A stretch of DNA of 64,000 nt from an uncultured Clostridia bacterium (lineage in GTDB: Bacteria > Bacillota > Clostridia > Oscillospirales > UBA644): NCBI GenBank assembly GCA_948443805.1, contig CAOJUB010000002.1, positions 4,910 to 68,909 of the forward strand, in the 5' to 3' direction. Below the pieces are notes generated by a model, which saw only the letters and a list, made by a program, of their open reading frames with translations, searched no databases and was not told the DNA's origin. Below are positions 34,293 through 44,005 of this stretch, in pieces. The position numbers were made by a program, and so were the translations under genes. The stretch's first letter is position 1, and each line of letters begins with the position of its first letter.

Positions 34293-35561
34293 ATGAGAAA
34301 ATTCCTCCAAAAAGCGGCGGAACTGTATTCCCGCGCAGTCAGAAGCAACTGGCTGCTGGCGGTGATCTCGGTTGTTTTGGGAACCGCAATGTGGATTTAC
34401 ATGATCAATACTTCCGGGACGATCCGAACGACAGAATATCAGAAAGTACCGGTCAAAATCGAACTGGCCGGAACCGTGCCCGAACGGTACGGACTGTATA
34501 TGATGCAGGACGGGACGCTGCACACAGTAAACGTGGAAGTAGAAGGATCGCGGGCAAAAATGATGAATTTCTCGCGGGAAGACCTGACCGTTTCCCTCGA
34601 TCTCTCTCCGGTAACAACGCCGGGAGGCTATAACTTAGATGTGAAAGTCCGTTCGAAAGATTCGGACGTAACGGTGGTTTCGGTGGAACCGGCAACGATT
34701 TATTTTGAATTCGACGATCTTGTTACCAAAGCGTTTCCGATCAAGTTTAACTATACCGGAACGCTGACCGACGGTTATGTTCTGACAAAAGAAATTGCAC
34801 AGCCGGCCGAAATTGAAATCAGCGGACCGGCCTCGATTGTCAACACCATTGGCAATATTTCAATCCCGGTCAATATCAACGGCGCAAAAAATCCGATTTC
34901 GGGGACACAGATTCTCAATCTGCAGACAACCGAAAACCAAACGGTGGAGCGAACTTATCTAACCGTTTCTGCCGAAGAAATCCAATATGAAATCGGCATT
35001 GCCTACCAGAAAACCGTTCCGGTGGAAGTTTTGCTGGCAAACCGCTACGGTGGGGATGAATCGAACTATCTGATCATGCAGTATACGCCGGAATCGGTTA
35101 TGATTCAGGGGTCTGAAAAGGACTTGATGGGCGTTAATAAAATCTCAATCGGTGAAGTTCCAACAGAAACAATTGCAGGGACAAAGCAGACCTTCTCGAT
35201 GGCGCTGCCGCAGAATCCGCTTTATACCTATGCAGACACGTCGCTGGCAGAAATCGCCGTTGAGGTCTCGCTGGATCAGAATGCAAGCGTCCGGAACTAT
35301 ACATTTGAAGGCTCTTATATTTCCAATATTTCGCTGCTTAATATACCGGAAGGAAAAACGGCGCGAATTACCGACACGTCATTTACGCTGCCGATCCGGT
35401 CGCTCAACTATGTATTCGACAATATCGATATCAATGATATTTCGCTCAGCGTCGATCTTTCCAAACCCAACGCCGATGGGAAATACCCCATTTCGGTACA
35501 AATACCCGGCGTTCCGTTCGGCGTAATGAAGCAGATTTATGTATCGGTGGAAATCAACTGA
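34293..35561 (+). CDS. cdaR: CdaR (YbbR-repeat) regulator of CdaA
   Basis: Sits directly downstream of cdaA, with an N-terminal TM helix and repeated YbbR-like beta modules. The track start is 34281. Confidence 0.75.
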   Translation: MRKFLQKAAELYSRAVRSNWLLAVISVVLGTAMWIYMINTSGTIRTTEYQKVPVKIELAGTVPERYGLYMMQDGTLHTVNVEVEGSRAKMMNFSREDLTVSLDLSPVTTPGGYNLDVKVRSKDSDVTVVSVEPATIYFEFDDLVTKAFPIKFNYTGTLTDGYVLTKEIAQPAEIEISGPASIVNTIGNISIPVNINGAKNPISGTQILNLQTTENQTVERTYLTVSAEEIQYEIGIAYQKTVPVEVLLANRYGGDESNYLIMQYTPESVMIQGSEKDLMGVNKISIGEVPTETIAGTKQTFSMALPQNPLYTYADTSLAEIAVEVSLDQNASVRNYTFEGSYISNISLLNIPEGKTARITDTSFTLPIRSLNYVFDNIDINDISLSVDLSKPNADGKYPISVQIPGVPFGVMKQIYVSVEIN

Positions 35562-35618
35562 AAAAAATAAAAAGGGACAGAAAATTTCTGTCCCTTCTCG
35601 CACGGAAAAGGATAAAAA

Positions 35619-37145
35619 ATGAAGATCATTCACAATATCAAACTGCCCGTCACCGCAACCCATCAAGAAGCGGTGCGGTCTGCGGCAAAAAAAGCAGGGA
35701 TTGCGCCTTCCTGCAGCGGATTTGTGCAAAAAGAAGCCCTTGACTGCCGGCGAGGCGAAGCCTATAAAATTTTTTCCGTTGTTCTGGACACGGAAAAAGA
35801 AAGCCCTCTACTGAAAGAATATCAGGAATATGTGTTCACCCCGCCCAAACCGCCGGATACCAAAATCCGCCCCTATATTATCGGGACAGGCCCGGCCGGC
35901 CTCTTCTGCGCGCTGACTTTGCTTGATTTCGGCGTCCGGCCAATCCTGATCGAACGCGGAGACCCCGTAGAAAAGCGAGCAGAAAAAGTATCAATGTTCT
36001 GGAAAGGGAATTCCCTTGACACAGAGAGCAACGTGCAATTCGGCGAAGGGGGCGCCGGCACCTTCTCCGACGGAAAGCTGACAACAAGAATTCATGATCC
36101 GAGATGCCGCAAAGTACTGGAGCTGTTTGTCGCCCACGGCGCGCCGGAAGAAATCCTCTGGAAAGCAAAAGCCCATATCGGAACCGATCTGCTCCGGCAG
36201 GTCATCGTCAATATCCGGAACGACATCCTTTCCCGGGGCGGAGAATTCCGGTTCCGGACAAAATTGGAAAACATCTGCATCCAAAATCAGAAACTTCGCA
36301 CCGTCACGCTGAACGGAGAAGAATTCCCGGCAGAAAAAGCGGTGCTCGCCGTCGGAAACGGCGCGACCGATACCTTTTCCATGCTGCTGAGGCAACCCCT
36401 CGTTTTTGAAACTAAACCTATGGCATTTGGATTCCGCCAGGAACATCTGCAAAAAGAAATTGACGACGCGCGATACCGCCGTCTGCCCGATTCGATCCGG
36501 GAAATACTCCCCCCGGCGGATTATTCGTTTTATACTCACCTGACCCCGGAAACCTGTGTTTATACCTTTTGCATGTGCCCCGGGGGAAGCGTGGTCAATG
36601 CCTCTTCCCTGCCGGGACGGCTGACCGTTAACGGGATGAGCCGGCATGCCAGAGACGGAAAAAACGCAAACGCCGCTCTGCTGGTTTCTTATCGGCCGAA
36701 AACGGTTCAACAGGCGCTTTCCCTTCAGAAGGAACTGGAAGAGAGGGCTTTTACCATAGGAAACGGACGGTTACCAATCACCCGGGATCTCGACAAGGCA
36801 AAAACCCTGACAGGCGTTTCCCCTACGGCAATGCCAAACACCTGCGAAGCGGATTTTTCGCGGATTTTCCCGCGGGAAATGCTGCATTCCCTCCAAAACG
36901 GAGCCCGGTTATTCCAAAAAGAAGTCCTGCATGGGGCGACTACCGTACCGCCGGTATACACCGCGCCGGAAACCCGGAGTTCTTCCCCGCTGCGGATCAA
37001 AAGAGACCCGGAAACATTACAGGCAGTTAAAGCAGAAGGGGTTTATCCCTGCGGAGAAGGCGCCGGCTATGCGGGAGGCATCATGTCGTCGGCCGTAGAC
37101 GGCCTGAGAACGGCAGAAAAAATCCTGACGGAACCAAACAGATAA
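35619..37145 (+). CDS. FAD-dependent oxidoreductase (COG2509-like)
   Basis: IIGTGPAGLFCAL dinucleotide fold, GAGTFSDGKLTT, and C-terminal CGEGAGYAGGIMSSAVDG. Confidence 0.75.
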   Translation: MKIIHNIKLPVTATHQEAVRSAAKKAGIAPSCSGFVQKEALDCRRGEAYKIFSVVLDTEKESPLLKEYQEYVFTPPKPPDTKIRPYIIGTGPAGLFCALTLLDFGVRPILIERGDPVEKRAEKVSMFWKGNSLDTESNVQFGEGGAGTFSDGKLTTRIHDPRCRKVLELFVAHGAPEEILWKAKAHIGTDLLRQVIVNIRNDILSRGGEFRFRTKLENICIQNQKLRTVTLNGEEFPAEKAVLAVGNGATDTFSMLLRQPLVFETKPMAFGFRQEHLQKEIDDARYRRLPDSIREILPPADYSFYTHLTPETCVYTFCMCPGGSVVNASSLPGRLTVNGMSRHARDGKNANAALLVSYRPKTVQQALSLQKELEERAFTIGNGRLPITRDLDKAKTLTGVSPTAMPNTCEADFSRIFPREMLHSLQNGARLFQKEVLHGATTVPPVYTAPETRSSSPLRIKRDPETLQAVKAEGVYPCGEGAGYAGGIMSSAVDGLRTAEKILTEPNR

Positions 37146-37220
37146 ACCTGCCGAAAATTCCCCGTTCTATTATTCGAAGAAAGGATCCGGTTCCGTATAA
37201 CGGAAACCGCCATATGCAAA

Positions 37221-37622
37221 ATGACAGTCTGCGGAAAAGTAATCCGAAAAAAAGAAAAAACAGTCCTGGTAAAAACCCAGCGCCCCGCTTCCTGCGAGGG
37301 ATGTGCCAATGCCGGAATATGCAACAAAAAAGAGCTGGAAATCGAAGCGCTCAACACCCTTTCGGCAAATGAGGGAGATTGGGTCAAAATCAATCTTCCC
37401 GAAGACCGGAAAGCGCTTTTTTTGCTGGGTTATATTTTTCTTGTCCCGGTCGGGATTCTCCTTCTTAGCGCCTGGCTTTACACAAAAAAAGTTTATCTGA
37501 CCTTTGCCGCGCTGCCGATGCTTGCCGCTTATCTGGTCTATCTGAAACGGCTGAACCGAACGCATAAAACCGTAAACTATACAATAGAAATCATTTCGCC
37601 GGCAGGAGACAGGGCAGAATGA
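37221..37622 (+). CDS. RseC/MucC (SoxR-reducing system) family protein
   Basis: VLVKTQRPASCEGCANAGICN... followed by two TM helices. Confidence 0.65.
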   Translation: MTVCGKVIRKKEKTVLVKTQRPASCEGCANAGICNKKELEIEALNTLSANEGDWVKINLPEDRKALFLLGYIFLVPVGILLLSAWLYTKKVYLTFAALPMLAAYLVYLKRLNRTHKTVNYTIEIISPAGDRAE

Positions 37623-38146
37623 AAAAGGGACAAAATCCCGCGGCAAAAAAAACAGCGGAACTTGCCCTGCTTCTGGCCGCGGCGCTGATTCTTTCCTATA
37701 TAGAAGCAGTGTTTCCCCTGAACACCGGGCTGCCGTTTGTAAAGATCGGCCTGTCGAACATTGCAGTCGTTACGGTTTTATACCGATATAACAGCAAAAC
37801 TGCGGCAGTTTTCGGAATTTTCAAATGTGTTCTTGCACTGCTCTTTACCGGAAGACTGGCTTCGCTCTTCTTTTCCCTGACAGGAATGGCCGCTTCGCTT
37901 GCGGGAATGATTCTGCTGAAAAAAACCAAAAAGTTTTCTCTTTTCGGGGTCACAGTATCAGGAGCAATCCTTCATATCTGGGGCCAAATGGCTGCCGCAG
38001 CGATCTTTTACCAGGGCGCGGCGCCGCTGAAACTGCTTCCGCTGCTGACGCTGACCGCCGCAGGATCGGGCGTTCTGGTGTGGCTGGCGGCAAAAACCGT
38101 GATCCGATATGCGGAAAAAACAGAGAAACTTTTTCCTGACACTTGA
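37619..38146 (+). CDS. Gx transporter / heptaprenyl-diphosphate-synthase-component-I-like membrane protein
   Basis: LSYIEAVFPLNTGLPFVKIGLSNIAVVTVLY. It overlaps the upstream stop by 4 nt. Confidence 0.6.
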   Translation: MKKGQNPAAKKTAELALLLAAALILSYIEAVFPLNTGLPFVKIGLSNIAVVTVLYRYNSKTAAVFGIFKCVLALLFTGRLASLFFSLTGMAASLAGMILLKKTKKFSLFGVTVSGAILHIWGQMAAAAIFYQGAAPLKLLPLLTLTAAGSGVLVWLAAKTVIRYAEKTEKLFPDT

Positions 38147-38171
38147 CATTGTTGTAAGATTATAGTATAAT
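38143..38171 (+). promoter_or_regulatory. Consensus promoter TTGACA-N17-TATAAT
   Basis: ttgaca ttgttgtaagattatag tataat. Confidence 0.65.
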
Positions 38172-38308
38172 AATTGCAGTACTCATGCAACGACCGTTTT
38201 TTGAAAAAATCAACCGGTCGGCTGATTCCATGAATTCTGTCCGGGCACGGCCGTCAGCGAAATAAATGCTGCCGTCCGAAATTCCCGGGTTGGGAGCAAT
38301 CTAACATT

Positions 38309-39559
38309 ATGATTATTCTTTATCAGATAATTCTGTATATCATCGTTATCTATGCGCTGTATTTTTCGATTTCCGGATTTCTGGCGATATGCAAAAACAA
38401 AAAAATCCCGCAGCGGCATCCGCCGAAATATAAATTCGCGATCCTGATTGCGGCAAGGAACGAAGAAAAAGTAATCGCAGGCTTACTGGAAAGTCTGGAC
38501 AATCAGAATTACCCCAAAGACCTCTACGAGGTTTTTGTCATCCCGAACAACTGCACCGACGCGACAGAGCAGATTGCACGGGACGCAGGCGCAACTATTG
38601 TACTTCCGGACGAACATATCTCGGCAAAAGGACAGGCTCTGAAATATACCATGCAGCAGCTTGCGCAGCGAGAGGATATTGATGCGTTTGCAGTTTTTGA
38701 CGCAGATAATATCGTACATCCGGATTTTCTGAAACGCATGAACGACGCGCTCTGCCATGACGGCGGAAAATATCGGATTGCGCAGGGATTCCGCGACAGT
38801 AAAAACTACGGCGATAACTGGATCAGCAGCGGATATTCGATCTTTTATTGGTATCAGAACCTCTTCTTCAACCGCTCGCGCATGATACTGAACGGCTCCG
38901 CTTCGATTAACGGAACCGGATTTATCCTCAAGAAAGAAATCTTTCTTGAACATGGTTTCGACACCTATACCATGACCGAAGATATTGAATTTACCGCACA
39001 GTGCGCCATCAACCGCGAAAGAATCTTATTTGTGGAAGACGCGGTTACTTATGATGAACAGCCCACCAATATTCATACTTCCTGGACGCAGCGCCGGAGG
39101 TGGTCGACCGGAACCATGCAGTGCTTCAAACGGTATTCCGGAAAACTGCTGGGAGGCTTTTTCCGAGGAAAAGGGCTTCCCTGTCTGGACATGTTCATGA
39201 ATTTTGCCGCGCCATACATACAGATTATTTCTTTTCTTCTGCTGGTGTGCCGGATTGCATTCAGCGCTTTCGGAATCATTGTATCGGACGTCATTTCTTA
39301 TTTTTATTCGCTCGGCATAATCTTTTTTATTGCAACATATATCATTAGTATTATCATGTCGGCGGTTATTGTCATGTATAACCGAAAAAGCCTGTTTCAG
39401 GCGCTGACAGGCGTTTTGCTTTTCCCTGTTTTTATTATTATGTGGGTGCCGATCAACATTACCTGCCTGTTTGTGAAAAGCAAAAAATGGACGCAAATTC
39501 ATCACAGCCGAAACATTGATTCGGCGAATCTATTCGAATACAGCAAGGACAAGGAATAA
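38309..39559 (+). CDS. Family 2 glycosyltransferase, processive type with integral-membrane C-terminus
   Basis: KFAILIAARNEEKVI..., FDADN, and QRRRWSTG (the QxxRW motif), plus N- and C-terminal TM helices. Confidence 0.8.
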   Translation: MIILYQIILYIIVIYALYFSISGFLAICKNKKIPQRHPPKYKFAILIAARNEEKVIAGLLESLDNQNYPKDLYEVFVIPNNCTDATEQIARDAGATIVLPDEHISAKGQALKYTMQQLAQREDIDAFAVFDADNIVHPDFLKRMNDALCHDGGKYRIAQGFRDSKNYGDNWISSGYSIFYWYQNLFFNRSRMILNGSASINGTGFILKKEIFLEHGFDTYTMTEDIEFTAQCAINRERILFVEDAVTYDEQPTNIHTSWTQRRRWSTGTMQCFKRYSGKLLGGFFRGKGLPCLDMFMNFAAPYIQIISFLLLVCRIAFSAFGIIVSDVISYFYSLGIIFFIATYIISIIMSAVIVMYNRKSLFQALTGVLLFPVFIIMWVPINITCLFVKSKKWTQIHHSRNIDSANLFEYSKDKE

Positions 39560-39618
39560 TTTTCTTGTCCTTTTCCAATCCGGGAAAAAACAGCCCGTTT
39601 CAAAGGGAGGAGACAGAT

Positions 39619-40578
39619 ATGAACATAGCGGTGATCGGCTGCGGCCGGTGGGGAAGCTTTATCGCCTGGTATCTTTCACGGGGCGGCCATCGGATAACGA
39701 TCTATGGAAAAAAAGAATCCGAAACCTTCCAAACCTTGCAGAAAAAGAAAGGAAACGACCTACTCTCTTTTGAAAAAGATGTCTGCTTTTCCTCCGATCT
39801 GGAACAGACGCTCAAAGAAAATGAAGCGGTCATCATATCGATCAACTCGCAGGGGCTGCGAACGCTGATGGAAGAAATTCAGGTTTTTCAGCCGGAAAAA
39901 AAGATTTTTATTTTTTGCATGAAAGGGCTGGAAATTGAAACCGGCTGCCGCCTTTCGGAAATCGCGGAGACCTATCTTTCTGCTTCCAATCAGATTGCCG
40001 TATGGCTTGGCCCGGGACATGTGCAGGAATTTTGCCGGGGAATACCGAACTGTATGGTGATCGACAGCAAAGACGAAGCGCTGAAAAAATATCTGGTGGA
40101 AAAATTTACCACCTCGCTGATCCGCTTTTATTACGGGCAGGATCTGATCGGCAACGAGGTCGGTGCGGCGGCAAAAAATGTAATCGGCATTGCCGCAGGC
40201 ATGCTTGACGGGCTGAATCTGTCAACCCTGAAAGGCGCATTGATGTCCCGGGGAACCGGCGAAGTTTCCCGTTTGATTGCAGCCATGGGCGGAAACAAAC
40301 TTTCCGCTTACGGACTTTGCCATCTCGGCGACTATGAAGCAACCATCTTCTCTCCTTTCAGCCATAACCGGAAATTCGGGGAAGCATTTATTCAAAAAGA
40401 ACCGTATCATCAGCTCGCAGAAGGATATTATACCGTAAAAGCCCTGATGACCTTAAAAGAGCAATATCAGGTGGAACTTCCCATCTGCACGGCGGTTTAT
40501 GATATTCTGTATCATGGCGCGGACAGCGACGAAACGCTGAAAAGCCTTTTTGCCCGCAGTCTGAAAAATGAAATCTGA
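39619..40578 (+). CDS. NAD(P)H-dependent glycerol-3-phosphate dehydrogenase family protein (GpsA-like)
   Basis: MNIAVIGCGRWGSFIA..., WLGPGHVQEF, NVIGIAAGMLDGLNLSTLKGALMSRGTGEVSRL. RBS agggaggag. Confidence 0.7.
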   Translation: MNIAVIGCGRWGSFIAWYLSRGGHRITIYGKKESETFQTLQKKKGNDLLSFEKDVCFSSDLEQTLKENEAVIISINSQGLRTLMEEIQVFQPEKKIFIFCMKGLEIETGCRLSEIAETYLSASNQIAVWLGPGHVQEFCRGIPNCMVIDSKDEALKKYLVEKFTTSLIRFYYGQDLIGNEVGAAAKNVIGIAAGMLDGLNLSTLKGALMSRGTGEVSRLIAAMGGNKLSAYGLCHLGDYEATIFSPFSHNRKFGEAFIQKEPYHQLAEGYYTVKALMTLKEQYQVELPICTAVYDILYHGADSDETLKSLFARSLKNEI

Positions 40579-40710
40579 AAAAACAAAATTTATTATTTTC
40601 TAAAAAATTAAATTTTTACTTTTTCTGCTCCGGCTTTCAAAAGCAAAACGAATAATTCTCCTTTTATTGCAAACAATACCGTAGAAAATAAAAAAAAGGG
40701 AGTTTTATAT

Positions 40711-41262
40711 ATGAAAGCCACAGGTATTGTACGAAGAATCGACGATCTCGGACGGGTCGTGATTCCAAAAGAAATCAGAAAAACCATGCGCCTGAAAGAG
40801 GGCGCGCCGCTGGAAATCTACACCGATAAAGACGGAGAAATCATATTTAAAAAATATTCTCCGATCGGAGAACTTTCCAATTATGTCGGTGTTTTTTCTG
40901 AAATCATTAACAAATCCACAGGAAAAACCGTTGCGGTTGCCGATAAAGACCGGATCATCGCAGTTTCCGGAAGCAGGAAAAAAGAATTGCTGGAACGCCG
41001 GATTACCAAAGAGATTGAAAATTTTGCGGAAGAACGCCGGAATTACATTTATAAAATCGGCGATCCCCGGGTGCATGTAACCGAAGCGGCCGACGAATCG
41101 GACGATCTTTATGCCGGCATGGTCTGCCCGATTCTGGTAGAGGGAGACGTTATCGGCTCGATTATTCTTCTTCTCGATGATTCCGGCGCCGCCCCGAGCG
41201 AAACCGAAGTGCAGATTCTGACGACCTCAACCCAATTGCTGGCAAGACAGCTGGAATCTTAA
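40711..41262 (+). CDS. spoVT: Stage V sporulation protein T (AbrB-type N-terminus + GAF-like C-terminus)
   Basis: MKATGIVRRIDDLGRVVIPKEIRKTMRLKEGAPLEIYTDKDGEIIFKKYSPIGEL, 183 aa. Confidence 0.9.
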   Translation: MKATGIVRRIDDLGRVVIPKEIRKTMRLKEGAPLEIYTDKDGEIIFKKYSPIGELSNYVGVFSEIINKSTGKTVAVADKDRIIAVSGSRKKELLERRITKEIENFAEERRNYIYKIGDPRVHVTEAADESDDLYAGMVCPILVEGDVIGSIILLLDDSGAAPSETEVQILTTSTQLLARQLES

Positions 41263-41307
41263 ATACCCGGATATTTCCGGGTCTACATAAAGAAAGGAAC
41301 GGAAGGC

Positions 41308-41838
41308 ATGAATATCTGGCATGATATGAATCCCAAACGAATTGCAAAAAATGATTTTGTCGCCGTGGTAGAAATACAAAAAGGCAGCAAATGCAAATAT
41401 GAATTGGACAAGGAGACCGGTATTCTGATTCTCGACAGAATCCTGTATACCTCCACCCATTATCCGGCGAACTATGGATTTATTCCAAGGACGTATGCCG
41501 ATGATCTTGATCCGCTTGACGTCATTGTTCTCTGTTCGGAAGGGATTCACCCGCTGACTTCGGTGCGCTGCTATCCGATCGGCGTAATCTCGATGATCGA
41601 CAACGGGCGGTGCGATGAAAAAATCATCTCTATTCCCTTCAGTGATCCGTCCTATAACAGTTATCATGACGTCTCCGATCTGCCGCCGCATATTTTTGAA
41701 GAAATGATTCATTTTTTTACCGTATACAAAGAACTGGAAGGAAAACAAACAGCCGTCAATGAAATCCAGGGACGGAAAGAAGCCGAAGATATTATCGAAA
41801 AAGCAATCAACCAATACATTGAAAGCTTCTGCAAATAA
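41308..41838 (+). CDS. ppa: Inorganic pyrophosphatase, family I
   Basis: VVEIQKGSKCKYELDKETGILILDRILYTSTHYPANYGFIPRTYADDLDPLDVIVL. Confidence 0.9.
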   Translation: MNIWHDMNPKRIAKNDFVAVVEIQKGSKCKYELDKETGILILDRILYTSTHYPANYGFIPRTYADDLDPLDVIVLCSEGIHPLTSVRCYPIGVISMIDNGRCDEKIISIPFSDPSYNSYHDVSDLPPHIFEEMIHFFTVYKELEGKQTAVNEIQGRKEAEDIIEKAINQYIESFCK

Positions 41839-41952
41839 ACCTCTATTTTTCAAGGTTTCCACGACGTGTCAAGTAAAAAAGCCTTACATATAAAAATCAA
41901 GGATTCCGAATTTTTTTCAGAAAAAATTTTCATTATGATCAAAAAAAACGCC

Positions 41953-41981
41953 TTGACAGACGCAGCAGAATATGATAAAAT
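41953..41981 (+). promoter_or_regulatory. Promoter TTGACA-N17-TAAAAT of the T-box leader
   Basis: ttgaca gacgcagcagaatatga taaaat. Confidence 0.6.
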
Positions 41982-41987
41982 GGAATA

Positions 41988-42250
41988 AAGCATTGATGAA
42001 GAGAAGTACCTGACGGCATTCACTTTCAGGGAGCGGAAGACAGTGAGACCTCCGCAGCAGAACCGCAGGGAATAACACTTCGGAGCTGCAACCTGAACCC
42101 TGCGTTTTAGGCAGGCAGTAGGCGCGACGCTGCACAGGGCGTAAAACTGTGGAAAAAGGGATCGGAAACGATAATTTAGGTGGCACCGCGGATAATGAGA
42201 CAGCTTATTCGTCCTAAAGAAATTTAGGAGAAAGGCTGTCTCTCTTTTTA
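41988..42250 (+). promoter_or_regulatory. T-box riboswitch leader, Asn specifier
   Basis: Stem I start ttgatgaagagaagtac, the distal AGTGAGA, and the specifier loop GGGAAUAACAC (AAU/AAC, both Asn; AAC at 42074-42076). The T-box is AATTTAGGTGGCACCGCG (42173-42190). The terminator is gagacagc...gctgtctc + tcttttta (42197-42249). Confidence 0.85.
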
Positions 42251-42348
42251 TAGTTCGGAACCCGATGTCAGCCGTTCTGTAAAAAGAAGAAAACCGCCGG
42301 TTTCAGGCGGAGAACTTTGATTTCAGAAATAAAGGAGCGTGGCGCCAA

Positions 42349-43929
42349 ATGTGTTCGATCATGGGATATTTCGGAACAGAAATGTCCGAAAAAGAATTTC
42401 AGCAGGGTTTTGAAAAAACCGTTTCCAGAGGGCCGGATATGTCCCGGACCATCAAAACGGACGACGGCATTCTCGGTTTTCACCGGCTGGCGATCATGGG
42501 GCTGGAAGAAAACGGAATGCAGCCTTTTGAACGGGACGGCAGTTATGCCATTTGCAACGGCGAATTATACGGTTTCAGAAAGATAAAAAAAGAATTAGAA
42601 GAAAAAAATTACCGTTTCCAGAGCGGTTCGGACTGCGAAATTATCCTTCCGATGTACAAAGAATACGGCCTTTCGATGTTCTCTATGCTGGACGCAGAGT
42701 TCGCAATGGTCATCTATGATAAAGAAAATCGCCGTATTATCGCGGCCAGAGATCCGATCGGCATCCGTCCGCTGTTTTACGGTTATCGGGAAAACGGAGA
42801 CATCGTATTTGCCTCGGAAGCAAAAAATCTGGTAAGGCTGGTAAAAAAAGTAACCCCCTTCCCTCCCGGGCATTATTTCTGCAACGGCAAATTTACCTGT
42901 TACTGCGACCTGACAAAGGTAGAAACGGTCTGCAATGACAGCCATGAAGAGATTTATAAAAAAATCCATGATAAACTGGTTAAAGGCATCGAAAAGCGGC
43001 TTGACGCAGACGCGCCGCTGGGCTTTCTTCTGAGCGGCGGACTGGATAGCTCGCTGGTTTGCGCGGTCGCTGCAAAAATCCTGAAAAAACCGATTCGTAC
43101 TTTTGCTATCGGCATGAGTGAAGACGCCATTGACCTGAAATATGCAAAAGAAGTGGCCGATTACATCAAAAGCGACCACCAGGAAATCATTATCAACAAA
43201 GAAATCGTTCTGGAGAGTCTGGAAAAAGTCATCAGCATTCTCGGAACCTATGATATCACCACCATCCGGGCAAGCATGGGAATGTATCTGATCTGCAAGG
43301 CGATCCACGAGCAAACCGATATCCGGGTTCTTCTGACCGGTGAAATTTCCGATGAAATTTTCGGCTATAAATATACCGATTTTGCCCCCTCGCCCGAAGA
43401 ATTTCAGAAAGAAGCGGAAAAACGGCTGCGCGAACTGTATATGTATGATGTTCTGCGGGCAGACCGCTGTATTTCGGTTAACTCACTGGAAGCCCGGGTT
43501 CCGTTCGGAGACCTTGATTTTGTCCGGTATGTAATGTCGATCGACCCGGCAAAGAAAATGAACACCTATAATAAAGGAAAATACCTGCTCCGCAAGGCCT
43601 TTGAAGGCGATTATCTTCCCGATTCCATACTATACCGGGAAAAGGCCGCCTTCAGCGATGCGGTGGGTCATTCAATGGTTGATTATCTAAAAGAATTTGC
43701 AGAAAGCCGCTATACCGACGAAGAATTTGAACAAAAAAGAAAACGTTATGATTTTGCCCAGCCGTTTACCAAAGAATCGCTTCTCTACCGAGAGCTTTTT
43801 GAAAAATACTATCCGGATCAGGCCGAAATGGTTTCCGATTTCTGGATGCCGAATAAAACCTGGGAAGGATGCAACGTAAACGATCCGTCCGCCCGCGTAT
43901 TGAAAAACTACGGCGCAAGCGGAGAATAA
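42349..43929 (+). CDS. asnB: Asparagine synthase (glutamine-hydrolysing)
   Basis: N-terminal Cys nucleophile MCSIMGYFG and the PP-loop SGGLDSS. Confidence 0.9.
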   Translation: MCSIMGYFGTEMSEKEFQQGFEKTVSRGPDMSRTIKTDDGILGFHRLAIMGLEENGMQPFERDGSYAICNGELYGFRKIKKELEEKNYRFQSGSDCEIILPMYKEYGLSMFSMLDAEFAMVIYDKENRRIIAARDPIGIRPLFYGYRENGDIVFASEAKNLVRLVKKVTPFPPGHYFCNGKFTCYCDLTKVETVCNDSHEEIYKKIHDKLVKGIEKRLDADAPLGFLLSGGLDSSLVCAVAAKILKKPIRTFAIGMSEDAIDLKYAKEVADYIKSDHQEIIINKEIVLESLEKVISILGTYDITTIRASMGMYLICKAIHEQTDIRVLLTGEISDEIFGYKYTDFAPSPEEFQKEAEKRLRELYMYDVLRADRCISVNSLEARVPFGDLDFVRYVMSIDPAKKMNTYNKGKYLLRKAFEGDYLPDSILYREKAAFSDAVGHSMVDYLKEFAESRYTDEEFEQKRKRYDFAQPFTKESLLYRELFEKYYPDQAEMVSDFWMPNKTWEGCNVNDPSARVLKNYGASGE

Positions 43930-43935
43930 AAAAGA

Positions 43936-43967
43936 AACTCCTGAGAAATTCATCTCAGGAGTTTTTT
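43936..43967. terminator. Bidirectional hairpin (aactcctgaga / tctcaggagtt) plus T-run between convergent genes
   Basis: Read directly from the sequence. Confidence 0.75.
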
Positions 43968-44005
43968 CTCATAAATGTATCCTATAACTGAAAATAACAA
44001 CTCAG

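Noticed and set aside
40579-40710. Possible sigma-G-type sporulation promoter upstream of spoVT (gaataa-N18-caatacc).
   Set aside because: The match to the GnATA-N17/18-CATnnTA consensus is too weak to report as a feature.
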